DNA from: an uncultured virus (IMG/VR IMGVR_UViG_3300049020_000051)
Taxonomy: Duplodnaviria; Heunggongvirae; Uroviricota; Caudoviricetes
DNA: 64,000 nt
Virus record (IMG/VR): IMGVR_UViG_3300049020_000051
Strand: one strand, 5' to 3'
This document shows positions 55,366-64,000 of this stretch, piece by piece. Position numbers and translations under genes: made by a program. How positions within the stretch are numbered: position 1 is the stretch's first letter; each line of letters begins with the position of its first letter. The notes beneath the pieces are model-generated. The model searched no databases, was not told the DNA's origin, and was given only the letters and a program-made list of their open reading frames with translations.

Positions 55366-56708
55366 CCACCGAATTTCAAGCCAAGCCCACGCCGGCCTGC
55401 ACCTACCGATGCGAGGCGTTCCCGGAATGTGGCTGCGTGACGCCCGACCGCCAGCAGGCCCTGGCAGCGATTAATCATGTCTTGGACTGCCTGCTGCGCG
55501 ACTCTCCGGACGAAATTCAGGCGGCCATGCTCGACCGTGCTGCCGGTGCCTTACAGGCCACTGTCCCAGCCCCTGAGGGAGGGGATGCAACCCTGCTCGC
55601 CGCAGCGAAGCGCGTGATTGCGCAAGGCGGCACAGCCTGGTTTAGCGAACAACAACTGGCCGACGAAAACGGCCTGGGGCTGGACGACACAGAAGCGGCA
55701 TTCATTGCGCTTTGTAGTCCCGCCGCAGTTCTCGCGGCCCTTTCCGTTACTCAGCCCAAGGGTATCCAGCCCTGCAAGGGCATGAACTGCGGCGCAACGG
55801 ACGGCAAGAGCCATTCGCCGGAGTGCTTCGCCGAGCACGCCGCCACCGTTGACCCTGGCGTCGGCGAGCGGCACCGGGAGTCCCGGTACGCGGGCTACAA
55901 GGGCGAGCCGTTCCCGTTCTCCGCGAGCGAAGACGAGCAGGCGGCCTGGGTGATCGGCTTCAAGGCTCGCCTGCCGGCCGCCCCATCCCCCGCGCCTGCA
56001 CATGCGGACGCCCTCTCGCAGCTCGGTGCCGCGCTGGACTGGATCACCGATGGCGTGAAGCTGAACGCCAACACGGCACACCTGGTGCTGCGCTTCGCCC
56101 GCGCGCTGGCTGAGAAACTGGCGCGCGCTGAGGTGAAGTACGGCTACGCCGATGGGTGGCTCCAGCACGACTGGATGGACGAGTGCCGCACCCGTCTCAT
56201 CGAGCACCTGGGCAAGGGCGACCCGCGCGACGTGGCGGCCTACTGCGCCTTCCTGTGGCACCACGGGGAGAGCACGGCGGCGCCGGTCTACACCGCCCAA
56301 GCCCCCGCAGTAGGGGCTGACTGGGAGGCGGCTTACGAACAGTTCAAGGACGGCCCGGCGTTCCCACCTTATACCCCGGCCCTGAAAGTCGCTTTCGAGG
56401 CGGGGATAACCTGGCAGGCCGCCCAGCAGGTGCCACCCGGATGGGTGTTTGAAAAGCAGGCGGAGCCCCTTGTCGGGCACCTGCGAATCCAAGACCCGAG
56501 CGGACGCTACGTCTACGTCGGTGCCGACTGCCTCGATACCACCGAGCGGATGCTGTTTGACCTGGCAACGGCGCTTTCCCGTCCCCCGGTACAGGAGACG
56601 GCAAGCAAGCACGCGGACTGCACTCCGGCATGTCAAGGCAACCTCTGGGAGTGCATGAAGTACGGGTGCCATCGTCTGAAGACCGGCGCACAGGGGCCGC
56701 AGTCATGA
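55362..56708 (+). CDS. Mosaic multi-domain early protein (Ead/Ea22-like)
   Basis: AEKL-x2-AE-x-KYGY...KGDPRDVAAYCAFLWHH domain among Pro/Ala linkers. Confidence 0.65.
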   Translation: MTTEFQAKPTPACTYRCEAFPECGCVTPDRQQALAAINHVLDCLLRDSPDEIQAAMLDRAAGALQATVPAPEGGDATLLAAAKRVIAQGGTAWFSEQQLADENGLGLDDTEAAFIALCSPAAVLAALSVTQPKGIQPCKGMNCGATDGKSHSPECFAEHAATVDPGVGERHRESRYAGYKGEPFPFSASEDEQAAWVIGFKARLPAAPSPAPAHADALSQLGAALDWITDGVKLNANTAHLVLRFARALAEKLARAEVKYGYADGWLQHDWMDECRTRLIEHLGKGDPRDVAAYCAFLWHHGESTAAPVYTAQAPAVGADWEAAYEQFKDGPAFPPYTPALKVAFEAGITWQAAQQVPPGWVFEKQAEPLVGHLRIQDPSGRYVYVGADCLDTTERMLFDLATALSRPPVQETASKHADCTPACQGNLWECMKYGCHRLKTGAQGPQS

Positions 56709-57349
56709 CGGTCGCTGCGCTCTACGTCGAGACGGACGGCTGCTACTTCGGCCAGGCCGGCGTCGATCCCTGGGACATCGTTCGCGACGCCCGCACCTAC
56801 GCCGGCCCGTGGCCCGTGGTGGCGCACCCACCCTGCCAGCGCTGGGGCCGCTTCTGGCATGGCAGCACGCGCAAGCCGCACCAGTTCAAGCTGGGCGACG
56901 ACGGCGGCTGTTTTGAGGCGGCGTTCAAGGCGCTGAAGCGCTACGGCGGCGTGCTGGAGCACCCAGCGCACAGCAAGGCGTTCGACGCGTTCAGCATCCT
57001 CAAGCCCAAGCAGGGCGCCGGGTGGCAGTTCGACCGCGAGCATGGCGTCTGGGTCTGCTATGTCGAGCAGGGGCACTACGGCCACACCAGTCGCAAGGCA
57101 ACGTGGCTGATCGCCTGCGGCATGCAGCGCTCCGAACTGCCCGAGCTGAATTGGTCGCAGGGCGAGCAGCGCCTGCCCGAGTGGATGGTTGAGCGTTACG
57201 GCTACGCCAAGGCCCGCCGCATCGGCGTCGTGGCCATGGTGGGCGGCAAGGACAAGACGCGCATCCGCAACGCGACCCCGGTGCCCTTCCGCGACGTGCT
57301 GGTGGGTATCGCCCGCAGCGTGGGCGTCGTCCTCTGGGCCGCGGCCTGA
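56705..57349 (+). CDS. Cytosine methyltransferase-like protein (atypical)
   Basis: AHPPC and VLEHP resemble C5-MTase motifs IV and VI; no FxGxG. Confidence 0.45.
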   Translation: MTVAALYVETDGCYFGQAGVDPWDIVRDARTYAGPWPVVAHPPCQRWGRFWHGSTRKPHQFKLGDDGGCFEAAFKALKRYGGVLEHPAHSKAFDAFSILKPKQGAGWQFDREHGVWVCYVEQGHYGHTSRKATWLIACGMQRSELPELNWSQGEQRLPEWMVERYGYAKARRIGVVAMVGGKDKTRIRNATPVPFRDVLVGIARSVGVVLWAAA

Positions 57350-57377
57350 TTCCCGTACTTTCACAGGGCACCGAGCC

Positions 57378-57590
57378 ATGCTGAAACTCGTCCACCCCAA
57401 GCCGTTCCGGTACACGCCGCACCGCCCCGAGGTTGTCGTGATTGAGGCCGAGCCGCTGACACCAGCCGAGCGCCTGCTGGAAGAGTTGATCAAAAAAGAC
57501 CGGCACCTGCTGGACTACATCGAGCGCCGCGCACGTCGGGGCGGACTCACCCTGCGCGAGCACGTCAAAGGAGCATTCAATGACCGTTGA
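57378..57590 (+). CDS. Hypothetical protein
   Basis: 70-aa ORF in operon. Confidence 0.5.
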   Translation: MLKLVHPKPFRYTPHRPEVVVIEAEPLTPAERLLEELIKKDRHLLDYIERRARRGGLTLREHVKGAFNDR

Positions 57591-57951
57591 ACGAACCAAT
57601 CTCTTCGCTTACACCGAGCCCAGCGCTCCGTCCGGCGCCTTCGTTGGCTACGTCTCCATCAACCGGGAGACGGACGGCCAGATCACCTTGACCGTGCGCG
57701 AGCGCGGCGACAGCACCAAGCAGGCCACCATTGCGCTGTCGCCCGAGACTCTGGAGCACCTGGCGACCGAAGTCATGGCGCAGATCAGCGGCGAGGCGCG
57801 GGCCGAGCCGGTGGCATGGGCCAACTTCAGGCACGACCCGCCCAGCTACGTGCCATTCCGCACCCGAGAGGAAGCGCAGCGCAGCGTCGACCGGAGCGAG
57901 ATCGCCGCCACCCAGGAAGGCCCGTACAGCGTTGCACCGCTCTACGCCTGA
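57580..57951 (+). CDS. Hypothetical protein
   Basis: AAGGAG RBS; EPVAW...PLY motif. Confidence 0.65.
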   Translation: MTVERTNLFAYTEPSAPSGAFVGYVSINRETDGQITLTVRERGDSTKQATIALSPETLEHLATEVMAQISGEARAEPVAWANFRHDPPSYVPFRTREEAQRSVDRSEIAATQEGPYSVAPLYA

Positions 57952-57989
57952 CTTTCCCATCCCTGAAGAACAATCCGTAGGAGAACAGC

Positions 57990-58661
57990 ATGGCACGCAT
58001 CACAGGAATGTCCAGCGGGCTCACGGGCATCGCCAGCGTCGCTGCAGTCCAGGCCGAGAAGCGCAAGCGCGCGACCAAAGAGACGCACGGTCCGAAGGCC
58101 AAGGTCTATCACGATAACGAGTACCGCTGCGTTGCGTGCGGCGCTGATGTCTTCGAGAAGCAGTCGAAACAGGATCTCAAGGCGATGCGCCAAGGCCACT
58201 GCGTACCGTGCGCTCAGTTCTTCGGCACCCTGGCGTTTGGCGGCTGCACTCGCGAGCGCCCCGAGGACGCACTGGAAAAGTTTGAGCATCTGGCCCGCGA
58301 CGGGTTCCTGATGGTGCTGCGCAACCTTCACGTTGGAACGCCGGACGGGATGCAGCTCGAAGTCGAAGCCGGCGACGTCTTCCAGTGCAGGGCTTCGGCC
58401 CGCACGCCGACCGAGGGTGGCCCTCCGTCGAAAGAGCGCACCTGGCAGTTGTTCATGCTGGACTTGCAGGTCGGCCCGTACCAGATGCGCTTCTTCCCTC
58501 ATGAGTGGTCTGCGATCTCGCTGCACACGGTAATGGACCTGCGCAAGCGTGGCGAGCTTGTAGAGGGCTTCATGTGTACTGAGGACTCGCACGGTCACTT
58601 CGCACCAACCCCGGCAATCCGGGAGCAGATCAACGCGGCCTTCGGTCGCCTCATCAACTGA
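57990..58661 (+). CDS. Hypothetical protein with CxxC pairs
   Basis: AGGAG RBS; CVAC, CVPC. Confidence 0.65.
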   Translation: MARITGMSSGLTGIASVAAVQAEKRKRATKETHGPKAKVYHDNEYRCVACGADVFEKQSKQDLKAMRQGHCVPCAQFFGTLAFGGCTRERPEDALEKFEHLARDGFLMVLRNLHVGTPDGMQLEVEAGDVFQCRASARTPTEGGPPSKERTWQLFMLDLQVGPYQMRFFPHEWSAISLHTVMDLRKRGELVEGFMCTEDSHGHFAPTPAIREQINAAFGRLIN

Positions 58662-58681
58662 CTTTCCAAGCCCCGAGAACT

Positions 58682-59041
58682 ATGCAGCGGATTCTTGATC
58701 TTGACGGCGGTTGGCACGCCGGGCCGCTCTTCATTATCCAGAAGCTGCGCATCGTGCCGCCTCGTGGCTCGGGCGGCAAAGAGGTCTGGGCCAAGTACAT
58801 CCGCGCCAGACCATCATGGGTCACAAACGCTGAGTGCAAAGCATTCTGGGAAGAGTCGCTTCGCATGACGGCCGAGACCGGTGTGCAGCACAGCGTTGAT
58901 CACATCGTGCCGTTGATCCATCCGCTGGTGTGCGGGCTCCACTGTCCGGCCAATCTGCGGGTGATCCCGCTGGCCGACAACATCCGCAAGTCAAACAACT
59001 GGTGGCCCGACTGCCCCTTCGAACAACTGGAGCTGGTGTGA
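58682..59041 (+). CDS. HNH endonuclease
   Basis: VDHIVPL...CGLH-x-P-x-NL...N-x-RKSN. Confidence 0.85.
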   Translation: MQRILDLDGGWHAGPLFIIQKLRIVPPRGSGGKEVWAKYIRARPSWVTNAECKAFWEESLRMTAETGVQHSVDHIVPLIHPLVCGLHCPANLRVIPLADNIRKSNNWWPDCPFEQLELV

Positions 59042-59382
59042 CCGCTGACGCCGACCACCTTGACTGGGTACAGGAGCATGCAGGCTTTGCGATACAGGCC
59101 GGCTGGGATCTCGCGATGGGCCGTGCCAACGGACGAACCGGCTGGACCCTTGCCGTCACTGATTGCGTGAGGCCCTCACCCTTCCAGCATCGCGCGGAGG
59201 TGTGGAGGTTCGTCATCATGCACGTTGACGAGCCGGCGTGCCGGGCCGCGCTCGCGTTCATCGCCGCGCACAACCCCGACCAGCTGGTCCGCACTTCACG
59301 TGCTTACGGCTGGGGTAAGCAGACGAAATCGGAGTGGCTCGACGAGCTGCTCGTGACGGCACATCTGCGGGTCACGCCCTGA
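59038..59382 (+). CDS. Hypothetical protein ending LLVTAHLRVTP
   Basis: GTGA-coupled. Confidence 0.55.
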   Translation: MTADADHLDWVQEHAGFAIQAGWDLAMGRANGRTGWTLAVTDCVRPSPFQHRAEVWRFVIMHVDEPACRAALAFIAAHNPDQLVRTSRAYGWGKQTKSEWLDELLVTAHLRVTP

Positions 59383-59464
59383 TCAGTCGCAATCTAACCG
59401 ACACACTCGCTGTCACACACCCGAGAGAACCCAATAACCATCGGCTCAAAACGTCGACACCACA

Positions 59465-59512
59465 ACCTTGACATGGTGGGGGTCGTTGGTTCGAATCCAA
59501 TCGCGCCTACCA
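59465..59512 (+). other. attP: attP core: 3' half of tRNA-Val(GAC)
   Basis: ACCTTGACATGGTGGGGGTCGTTGGTTCGAATCCAATCGCGCCTACCA: anticodon arm, T-arm, CCA; no D-arm/5' half. Confidence 0.88.
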
Positions 59513-59529
59513 AATACGGTAGGCAGGAC

Positions 59530-59564
59530 AAGGGGTTAGCAGAGATGCTGACCCCTTTGTTTTT
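59530..59564 (+). terminator. Intrinsic terminator after tRNA fragment
   Basis: AAGGGGTTAGCA-GAGA-TGCTGACCCCTT-TGTTTTT. Confidence 0.8.
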
Positions 59565-59715
59565 GCGTCGATCTACCTGAGAACAGCGTAGAAAAGCCTG
59601 CGAACGGCTAACGCTGGCACATCTGCTGGCACACGGTGCCGCCTCAAACTTTTGCTGTCCTGACAGCCGCGAACAGCCCCGTGGTCTGTTGCTTTTCTCT
59701 GCGCTAGCATCACGC

Positions 59716-60006
59716 ATGGCCGAAACGATCAAAGATCTCCGCGACACCGCGCAACAGGCAAGCCCGCAGGAACTGCAAAACGCAACGACCGCTCAGCAGA
59801 GCAGCAAGCTCGACGACGTGGCCGGAATGTTGTGGGCCGGCGGCCTGGGTCTCCTCGCCGTGATCGTCCTGTGGCTCATCGCCCGCTCGCTGTTCAGGCG
59901 CTCGACCGTGAACAAGGTCGCTCATGGCGCCGGGCGCGCCGTCAAGACGACCACTAGCACGTTGGCCGACATGCGCGACGCGTTCAACGAAGGCCGGCGC
60001 GGCTGA
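59716..60006 (+). CDS. Single-pass membrane protein next to attP
   Basis: One TM segment followed by basic residues. Confidence 0.6.
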   Translation: MAETIKDLRDTAQQASPQELQNATTAQQSSKLDDVAGMLWAGGLGLLAVIVLWLIARSLFRRSTVNKVAHGAGRAVKTTTSTLADMRDAFNEGRRG

Positions 60007-60014
60007 CTTCCAGC

Positions 60015-60159
60015 CACACATTCCGCTGGCTTGACCAAACCTCTATACAGAAACACTCTCTCAGGTTTCTACCTACTATCTATATTTCTTCCAACTTTTC
60101 TAGATTGGAAGAATGGAAGTTAGTAAGTTGTATAGAGAGAAGAGCCTTCCAACCTTCCA
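60015..60159. repeat. AT-rich origin-like element, copy 2
   Basis: Diverged direct repeat of 28585..28733. Confidence 0.7.
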
Positions 60160-60164
60160 GGACT

Positions 60165-63100
60165 TCACTCGGTCGGCCGCGACTCCGCCCCCTCGCCGCG
60201 AAGCGCGTTCGCGTACAGTGCGTTGGCCGGCATGCTCCTGAGCAGGAATGGACTGAATTCTGAGCGGCCTCCGATGACGCGCACAGCGTCCCCCAGCTGC
60301 TCGAGCGTGGGGCCAGCCAGCGCGCCAACGCCACTACCGCCACGCTCGACACCCTTCAGCATGTCCGCGCCGAACTGGCCGACACCCAGCAGGCCGGCCC
60401 GCTCTACGCCGCTCTGCACGTAGTCCGACACCTCCCAGCTCTTTTTCCACTCGGGCTCCGCCTCCCCCTGCGGCGCGCCCTGCAACAGGCCCTTCGCCGC
60501 GTCGGCAGCGATCATGATCGGCACGTAGGAGGCCAGCGCAAAGGCCGGGCCGACGTTGCCGTGCGAGAGCTCGTGCGCCGCGCGCTTCAGGATCGTCTCC
60601 TGGAAGCTGAACGTGAACTGCTTCAGGTGGGAGATGAGCGCGAAGTGCGGGTCGCTCATCCAGATCGGCTTGTCGGCCGCGTCGGGCCGCAGCACGGCAC
60701 CGTCCACCCAACGGTTGATGGCCACCTTCATCTTCGCCGCCTGCTCGGGTGTGAGGCCGTCGGCCTCCGTGACCAGCGCGCGGCCGTCAGTGCCGCGCTG
60801 GACTTCGCCGGGCTGCATGCCCAGCTCGGCCAGCCAGCGCGTGCTGTGCGTGCCGGCGCCGTCGGCGTGGCGGCTCAGGAAACCGATCGCCGCCTGTGTG
60901 GCCGCAACGCGCATGCTGCTGTTGTACTGCTCCATCAGGTTGAGCCTGAAGAACGTGTCGTTGAGCTTGCGGCCTGTCTCACCGACCATGCCTTGCGAGA
61001 ACGACGTCCCAAGGGTGTGGACGAGCGCCGCGCTGTCGATGGTCCCAAGGGTAGCGGCGAGCTGCGTGGCCTCGTCGTGCGTGGCGTCTTTCTTGAAGCC
61101 CTTCGGGATCTCGGTGATGCCGCGCTTGAAGGCGGAGAACGCCTCGCCGACCGTGCCGCCACGGACAGCGATGCCACCCGCGTCGACCGCAGAGCTGAAG
61201 ATGGCCAGGGGCAGCAGGCGCAGGTTCTGATAGACCATCACGTTGCCCTGCAGCCGGCGGAACTCTGGGCTGATCGTGTCGCCCAGCGTGCCGTCCACCG
61301 CGCGCATGTACTTCCGTGCGGTGTCGAGCTGCGCCGCGGAGGCGCCTTGCTGCTCGGCCTTGGTCAGCAGCTCGCCGAACTTCTGCCCTTCGTCGCCCAG
61401 CCGGCGCGCCCACTCAGCGCGCCGCGTCGCCTGGGTCATGTAGCTGTTGAGGGTCTCGTAGAGGTTCTTGTTCAGGAAGCGCGTCGCGTCGGCACCTTCG
61501 ATGAAGGCCAGTTCGCGCGGCTTCAGGAACTGCATGCCCGGCCGGTCGGTCTCGATCGTGAACTCGTTGCCTTCGGAGGTCAGTAGGCGCTGCAGCAGTG
61601 CGTTCGGGTCGCCTTTGAACTGGCCACCCTTCACGTACTTGTCGAGCATGCCTAGGAACTCTTGCTTGTGCGAGCTGATGTAGCTAACGTCCCAAACACG
61701 TGGGAAGTAGTCCTTCCCCACGCCTAGGTCGTTGACCTTCACGCCGGCCTCGGTCATGTAGGTGAAGGCTTCGTCGAGCGCCTTGCGGATCGTCTTCACG
61801 GCGCCGCGGGCAGCCAGCCGATCGTCCACGGAGCTGATGGCATTGACCGCCTGCGACGTGTGGTCCTGCAGCACCTCCATCGCCGCGGTCAGGCCCTCTG
61901 GCCCCACGCCGGCCAGAGCCTCGCCCAGCCGGTTCATGCGGACAGCACGCTCCTGCCGAGCGGCCGGGATGAAGCCCTGGTCCTCGCCCTGCTCGGTGCC
62001 CTGCCGCTTCACCAGGTCGGCCATCTCGCGCAGCGCCGGGATGCCGGTATCACGCAGGCGCTGATGGCCGGCTACGGCCAGCTGCTCGCCGAGGTTGGTC
62101 AGCGGCTGGGCCATGGCCTTCAGCTGCTCGACCGCCTTGTTCCGGCCAGGGCTCATGAGGTCGCTGTAGACCTTGTCACCGTCGGCCAGGTTCTTCTTGA
62201 ACTCGCCGGAGTGGAAGTAGTCGATGACGTGCAGCGCACGCTGGTCGTTGCTCCAGATACCCAGCGCCGAGCGCACGAGCTCGGCCACGCGGCCGAAGAG
62301 CGTCTGTGCCGGCTGGCCCAGTCCGAGGTTCTCGCCCATCGAGTGGAACTGGTACATATAGGCCGCGCGCTCCTCCGGGTCGTCGAGCTGGCGCAGCGCC
62401 TCGGGCTGGCCCTTCAGCAGCTCACGAAGCCGGAGCATGACCGTCGGGCTGCTGGCCGCGCGTTCCAGGATGCCAGCGACCTCGCCGTTCTGCTGATCGG
62501 TCAGCTTGGCGAAGAACGCGTGTACGGCCTCATGATGCGCAGCGCTCAACGGGTTCATGGCGTGGGCACTGATGCGGATCACGTCCTGCACACCGCCGCG
62601 CTGCAGCACCCGCTCGAACTCCGCGGCGTGCGGGATGTTGGCCGCCACGTCGAGCTTCACGCTGTTGCCGAGCACCTGATTCACGTAGTCGAGCACATCG
62701 TTGAGCTGGCCCGGCTTGGCCGTGTTCCCCGGCTGCTGCAGGCTGTACCGGCGAGTCAGCATGCCGTAGGCCGTGTCCGGATCGGCCACGAGCTCGCTGA
62801 GCCGCTTGTTGATCGTCTCGACCGCCTGCAGACTGTTCGGATCTTCGCCGCCCTCCAGCGCCTGCGCGGCGCGCTGGAGGCCCTTCGGGTCGGTGCTGGT
62901 CTTCAGCTGATCCAGCAGCGCCGCGTCACCAGAGTGGGCTTTCTCGATCAGCGCCGCCTTTTTGGCGGCTACGGCTTTTGGGTCGGGGGGCACTCCCAGC
63001 AGCGACGGCGCGCGGGCGCCATCGCGCACCTCGCCGCCGTCGCTGTTGATCCCGCCCTTGGTCACCTGGTCCAGCGTCTTGCCGTCCTGGAACGTCGGGC

Positions 63101-64000
63101 CGAAGGGGTCGGGCTCCATGACGTTGGGGTCGGGGCTCGTGCGCTTCTGCAGCTCGGCGCTGTAGCGCTTGAGCTTCTCGGCTTGCAGCTCGGTGCGGGG
63201 GTCTGCTGGGTCAGCGCCGTCGAGCGCAGCCTCAGCGCTCTTGATACCGGCCTTGAGCTGCTCGGTGCTCAGCTCGCCCAGGCCTTGCTCGTAGAGCTTC
63301 GCACGTGGGTCGTTGGCGCCGCGCATGTCGGTCTTCGGCTTCTTCGCTTCGCCCCAGGTCAGGCCGCTCTTGTTGATCACCGTCGAGTCCGGCACGTCGA
63401 TCGCCTTGCCAGTGAACTCTTGCACCGCGGCCAAACCCTCCATGAACGCCTTGGCATCGCGGTTGTTCCGCCCCACCAGCGTGGCGCCGTCGGTCTTCGT
63501 CCGCTCGGCGAACATCTCGGTCAGCTTCACCGCGTCGATCGGATGGCCCACGCCGTCAGCATTGATGCGACTGGCGCTGCGGCTGTAGGCCTTCGCGTCC
63601 AGCTTCGCGCCGGACAGTTCGTCGGCCGTCACGCTCAGTGGGTTGTTCGAGGTCTCGCGCACCACGGCGCCGTACTTGCCGATCTCCTGTGCGGCATAGG
63701 CCGCACCGTCCACGCCGGCAGCATCCCCGGCCGCCACCAGCTGCTTGAAGCGCTGCTGGGCCGCGGGGTGGTCGAGCGGCAGTTCATCGCCGAAGAGGGC
63801 GAAGCGCGCGCCAGGCGCTGTGGCTTGCGCCTTCTCCACAGCGCTCGTGGCGGCCGGCCGGAACCCGGACTTGCCCGGGTCGTCGCTGGGGTTCAGGTAG
63901 CCGGCGCCGTCCTTGCCCGAAGCCAGGGTGTTGAGCTTCGTGTCCGGGATGGCATCGCTCAGCTGCTCGCCGTCCTCCGAGCGCACGGTGTCGCTCTCCA
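60165..64000 (-). CDS. Large internal virion/ejection-like protein (5' end outside window)
   Basis: >1270 aa, frame open to the window edge; HHEAVH and DYFPRVWD motifs. Confidence 0.7.
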   Translation of the reverse strand, partial: ESDTVRSEDGEQLSDAIPDTKLNTLASGKDGAGYLNPSDDPGKSGFRPAATSAVEKAQATAPGARFALFGDELPLDHPAAQQRFKQLVAAGDAAGVDGAAYAAQEIGKYGAVVRETSNNPLSVTADELSGAKLDAKAYSRSASRINADGVGHPIDAVKLTEMFAERTKTDGATLVGRNNRDAKAFMEGLAAVQEFTGKAIDVPDSTVINKSGLTWGEAKKPKTDMRGANDPRAKLYEQGLGELSTEQLKAGIKSAEAALDGADPADPRTELQAEKLKRYSAELQKRTSPDPNVMEPDPFGPTFQDGKTLDQVTKGGINSDGGEVRDGARAPSLLGVPPDPKAVAAKKAALIEKAHSGDAALLDQLKTSTDPKGLQRAAQALEGGEDPNSLQAVETINKRLSELVADPDTAYGMLTRRYSLQQPGNTAKPGQLNDVLDYVNQVLGNSVKLDVAANIPHAAEFERVLQRGGVQDVIRISAHAMNPLSAAHHEAVHAFFAKLTDQQNGEVAGILERAASSPTVMLRLRELLKGQPEALRQLDDPEERAAYMYQFHSMGENLGLGQPAQTLFGRVAELVRSALGIWSNDQRALHVIDYFHSGEFKKNLADGDKVYSDLMSPGRNKAVEQLKAMAQPLTNLGEQLAVAGHQRLRDTGIPALREMADLVKRQGTEQGEDQGFIPAARQERAVRMNRLGEALAGVGPEGLTAAMEVLQDHTSQAVNAISSVDDRLAARGAVKTIRKALDEAFTYMTEAGVKVNDLGVGKDYFPRVWDVSYISSHKQEFLGMLDKYVKGGQFKGDPNALLQRLLTSEGNEFTIETDRPGMQFLKPRELAFIEGADATRFLNKNLYETLNSYMTQATRRAEWARRLGDEGQKFGELLTKAEQQGASAAQLDTARKYMRAVDGTLGDTISPEFRRLQGNVMVYQNLRLLPLAIFSSAVDAGGIAVRGGTVGEAFSAFKRGITEIPKGFKKDATHDEATQLAATLGTIDSAALVHTLGTSFSQGMVGETGRKLNDTFFRLNLMEQYNSSMRVAATQAAIGFLSRHADGAGTHSTRWLAELGMQPGEVQRGTDGRALVTEADGLTPEQAAKMKVAINRWVDGAVLRPDAADKPIWMSDPHFALISHLKQFTFSFQETILKRAAHELSHGNVGPAFALASYVPIMIAADAAKGLLQGAPQGEAEPEWKKSWEVSDYVQSGVERAGLLGVGQFGADMLKGVERGGSGVGALAGPTLEQLGDAVRVIGGRSEFSPFLLRSMPANALYANALRGEGAESRPTE

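Larger units (their letters stand above)
1..64000. mobile_element. Temperate tailed bacteriophage genome (partial, non-integrated/circularly permuted form)
   Basis: Terminase, portal, capsid, lysis, replication, integrase and attP all present; no host genes; late operon leaves at the left edge and re-enters at the right edge on the same strand. Confidence 0.95.

Noticed and set aside
59440..59512. Complete phage-encoded tRNA-Val gene
   Set aside because: No D-arm or 5' acceptor strand; only the 3' half is present, which fits attP
1..64000. CRISPR array, DGR/reverse transcriptase, rRNA, IS element
   Set aside because: No regularly spaced repeats, RT motifs, rRNA-like or transposase-like sequence seen; the 15-bp palindromes are dispersed, not arrayed
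59513..64000. Host DNA beyond an attL/attR junction
   Set aside because: Contains the second phage-type origin-like element and a virion-type gene, so it is phage sequence

Overview
The whole window is phage DNA: most of the genome of a GC-rich, apparently temperate tailed dsDNA phage, podovirus-like (P22-type portal, N4-gp56/DUF4043-type capsid, no tape-measure or sheath gene seen), probably infecting a beta/gamma-proteobacterium. Late genes lie on the minus strand. They run from TerS (25548) through TerL, portal, scaffold, capsid, two fibre-like cassettes and lysis genes to position 11, and resume with a large virion protein at >64000..60165. Early/middle genes lie on the plus strand (25.8-60.0 kb): primase-helicase, AAA+/VWA island, PD-(D/E)XK nuclease, SNF2 helicase, family A DNA polymerase, exonuclease, ligase, xis/int, HNH and many microgenes. 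An intact attP (3' half of tRNA-Val(GAC) with phage genes on both sides) indicates the non-integrated, circularly permuted form. Most notable patterns read directly from the sequence: (1) two arrays of translationally coupled 65-95 aa microproteins with varied bodies but a shared C-terminal V-[TS]-x-E-L tag, flanking an AAA+/VWA-metallopeptidase island; (2) a 15-bp palindrome GATCTAA-N-TTAGATC repeated at 12 or more sites, mostly gene junctions, with no recognisable CI; (3) two paralogous small genes overprinted on the 5' extension of the terminase gene; (4) a probable immune-signal sponge island between scaffold and capsid genes; (5) a diverged duplicate AT-rich origin-like element 31 kb apart. 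All family assignments are from motif recognition by eye; no searches were run.
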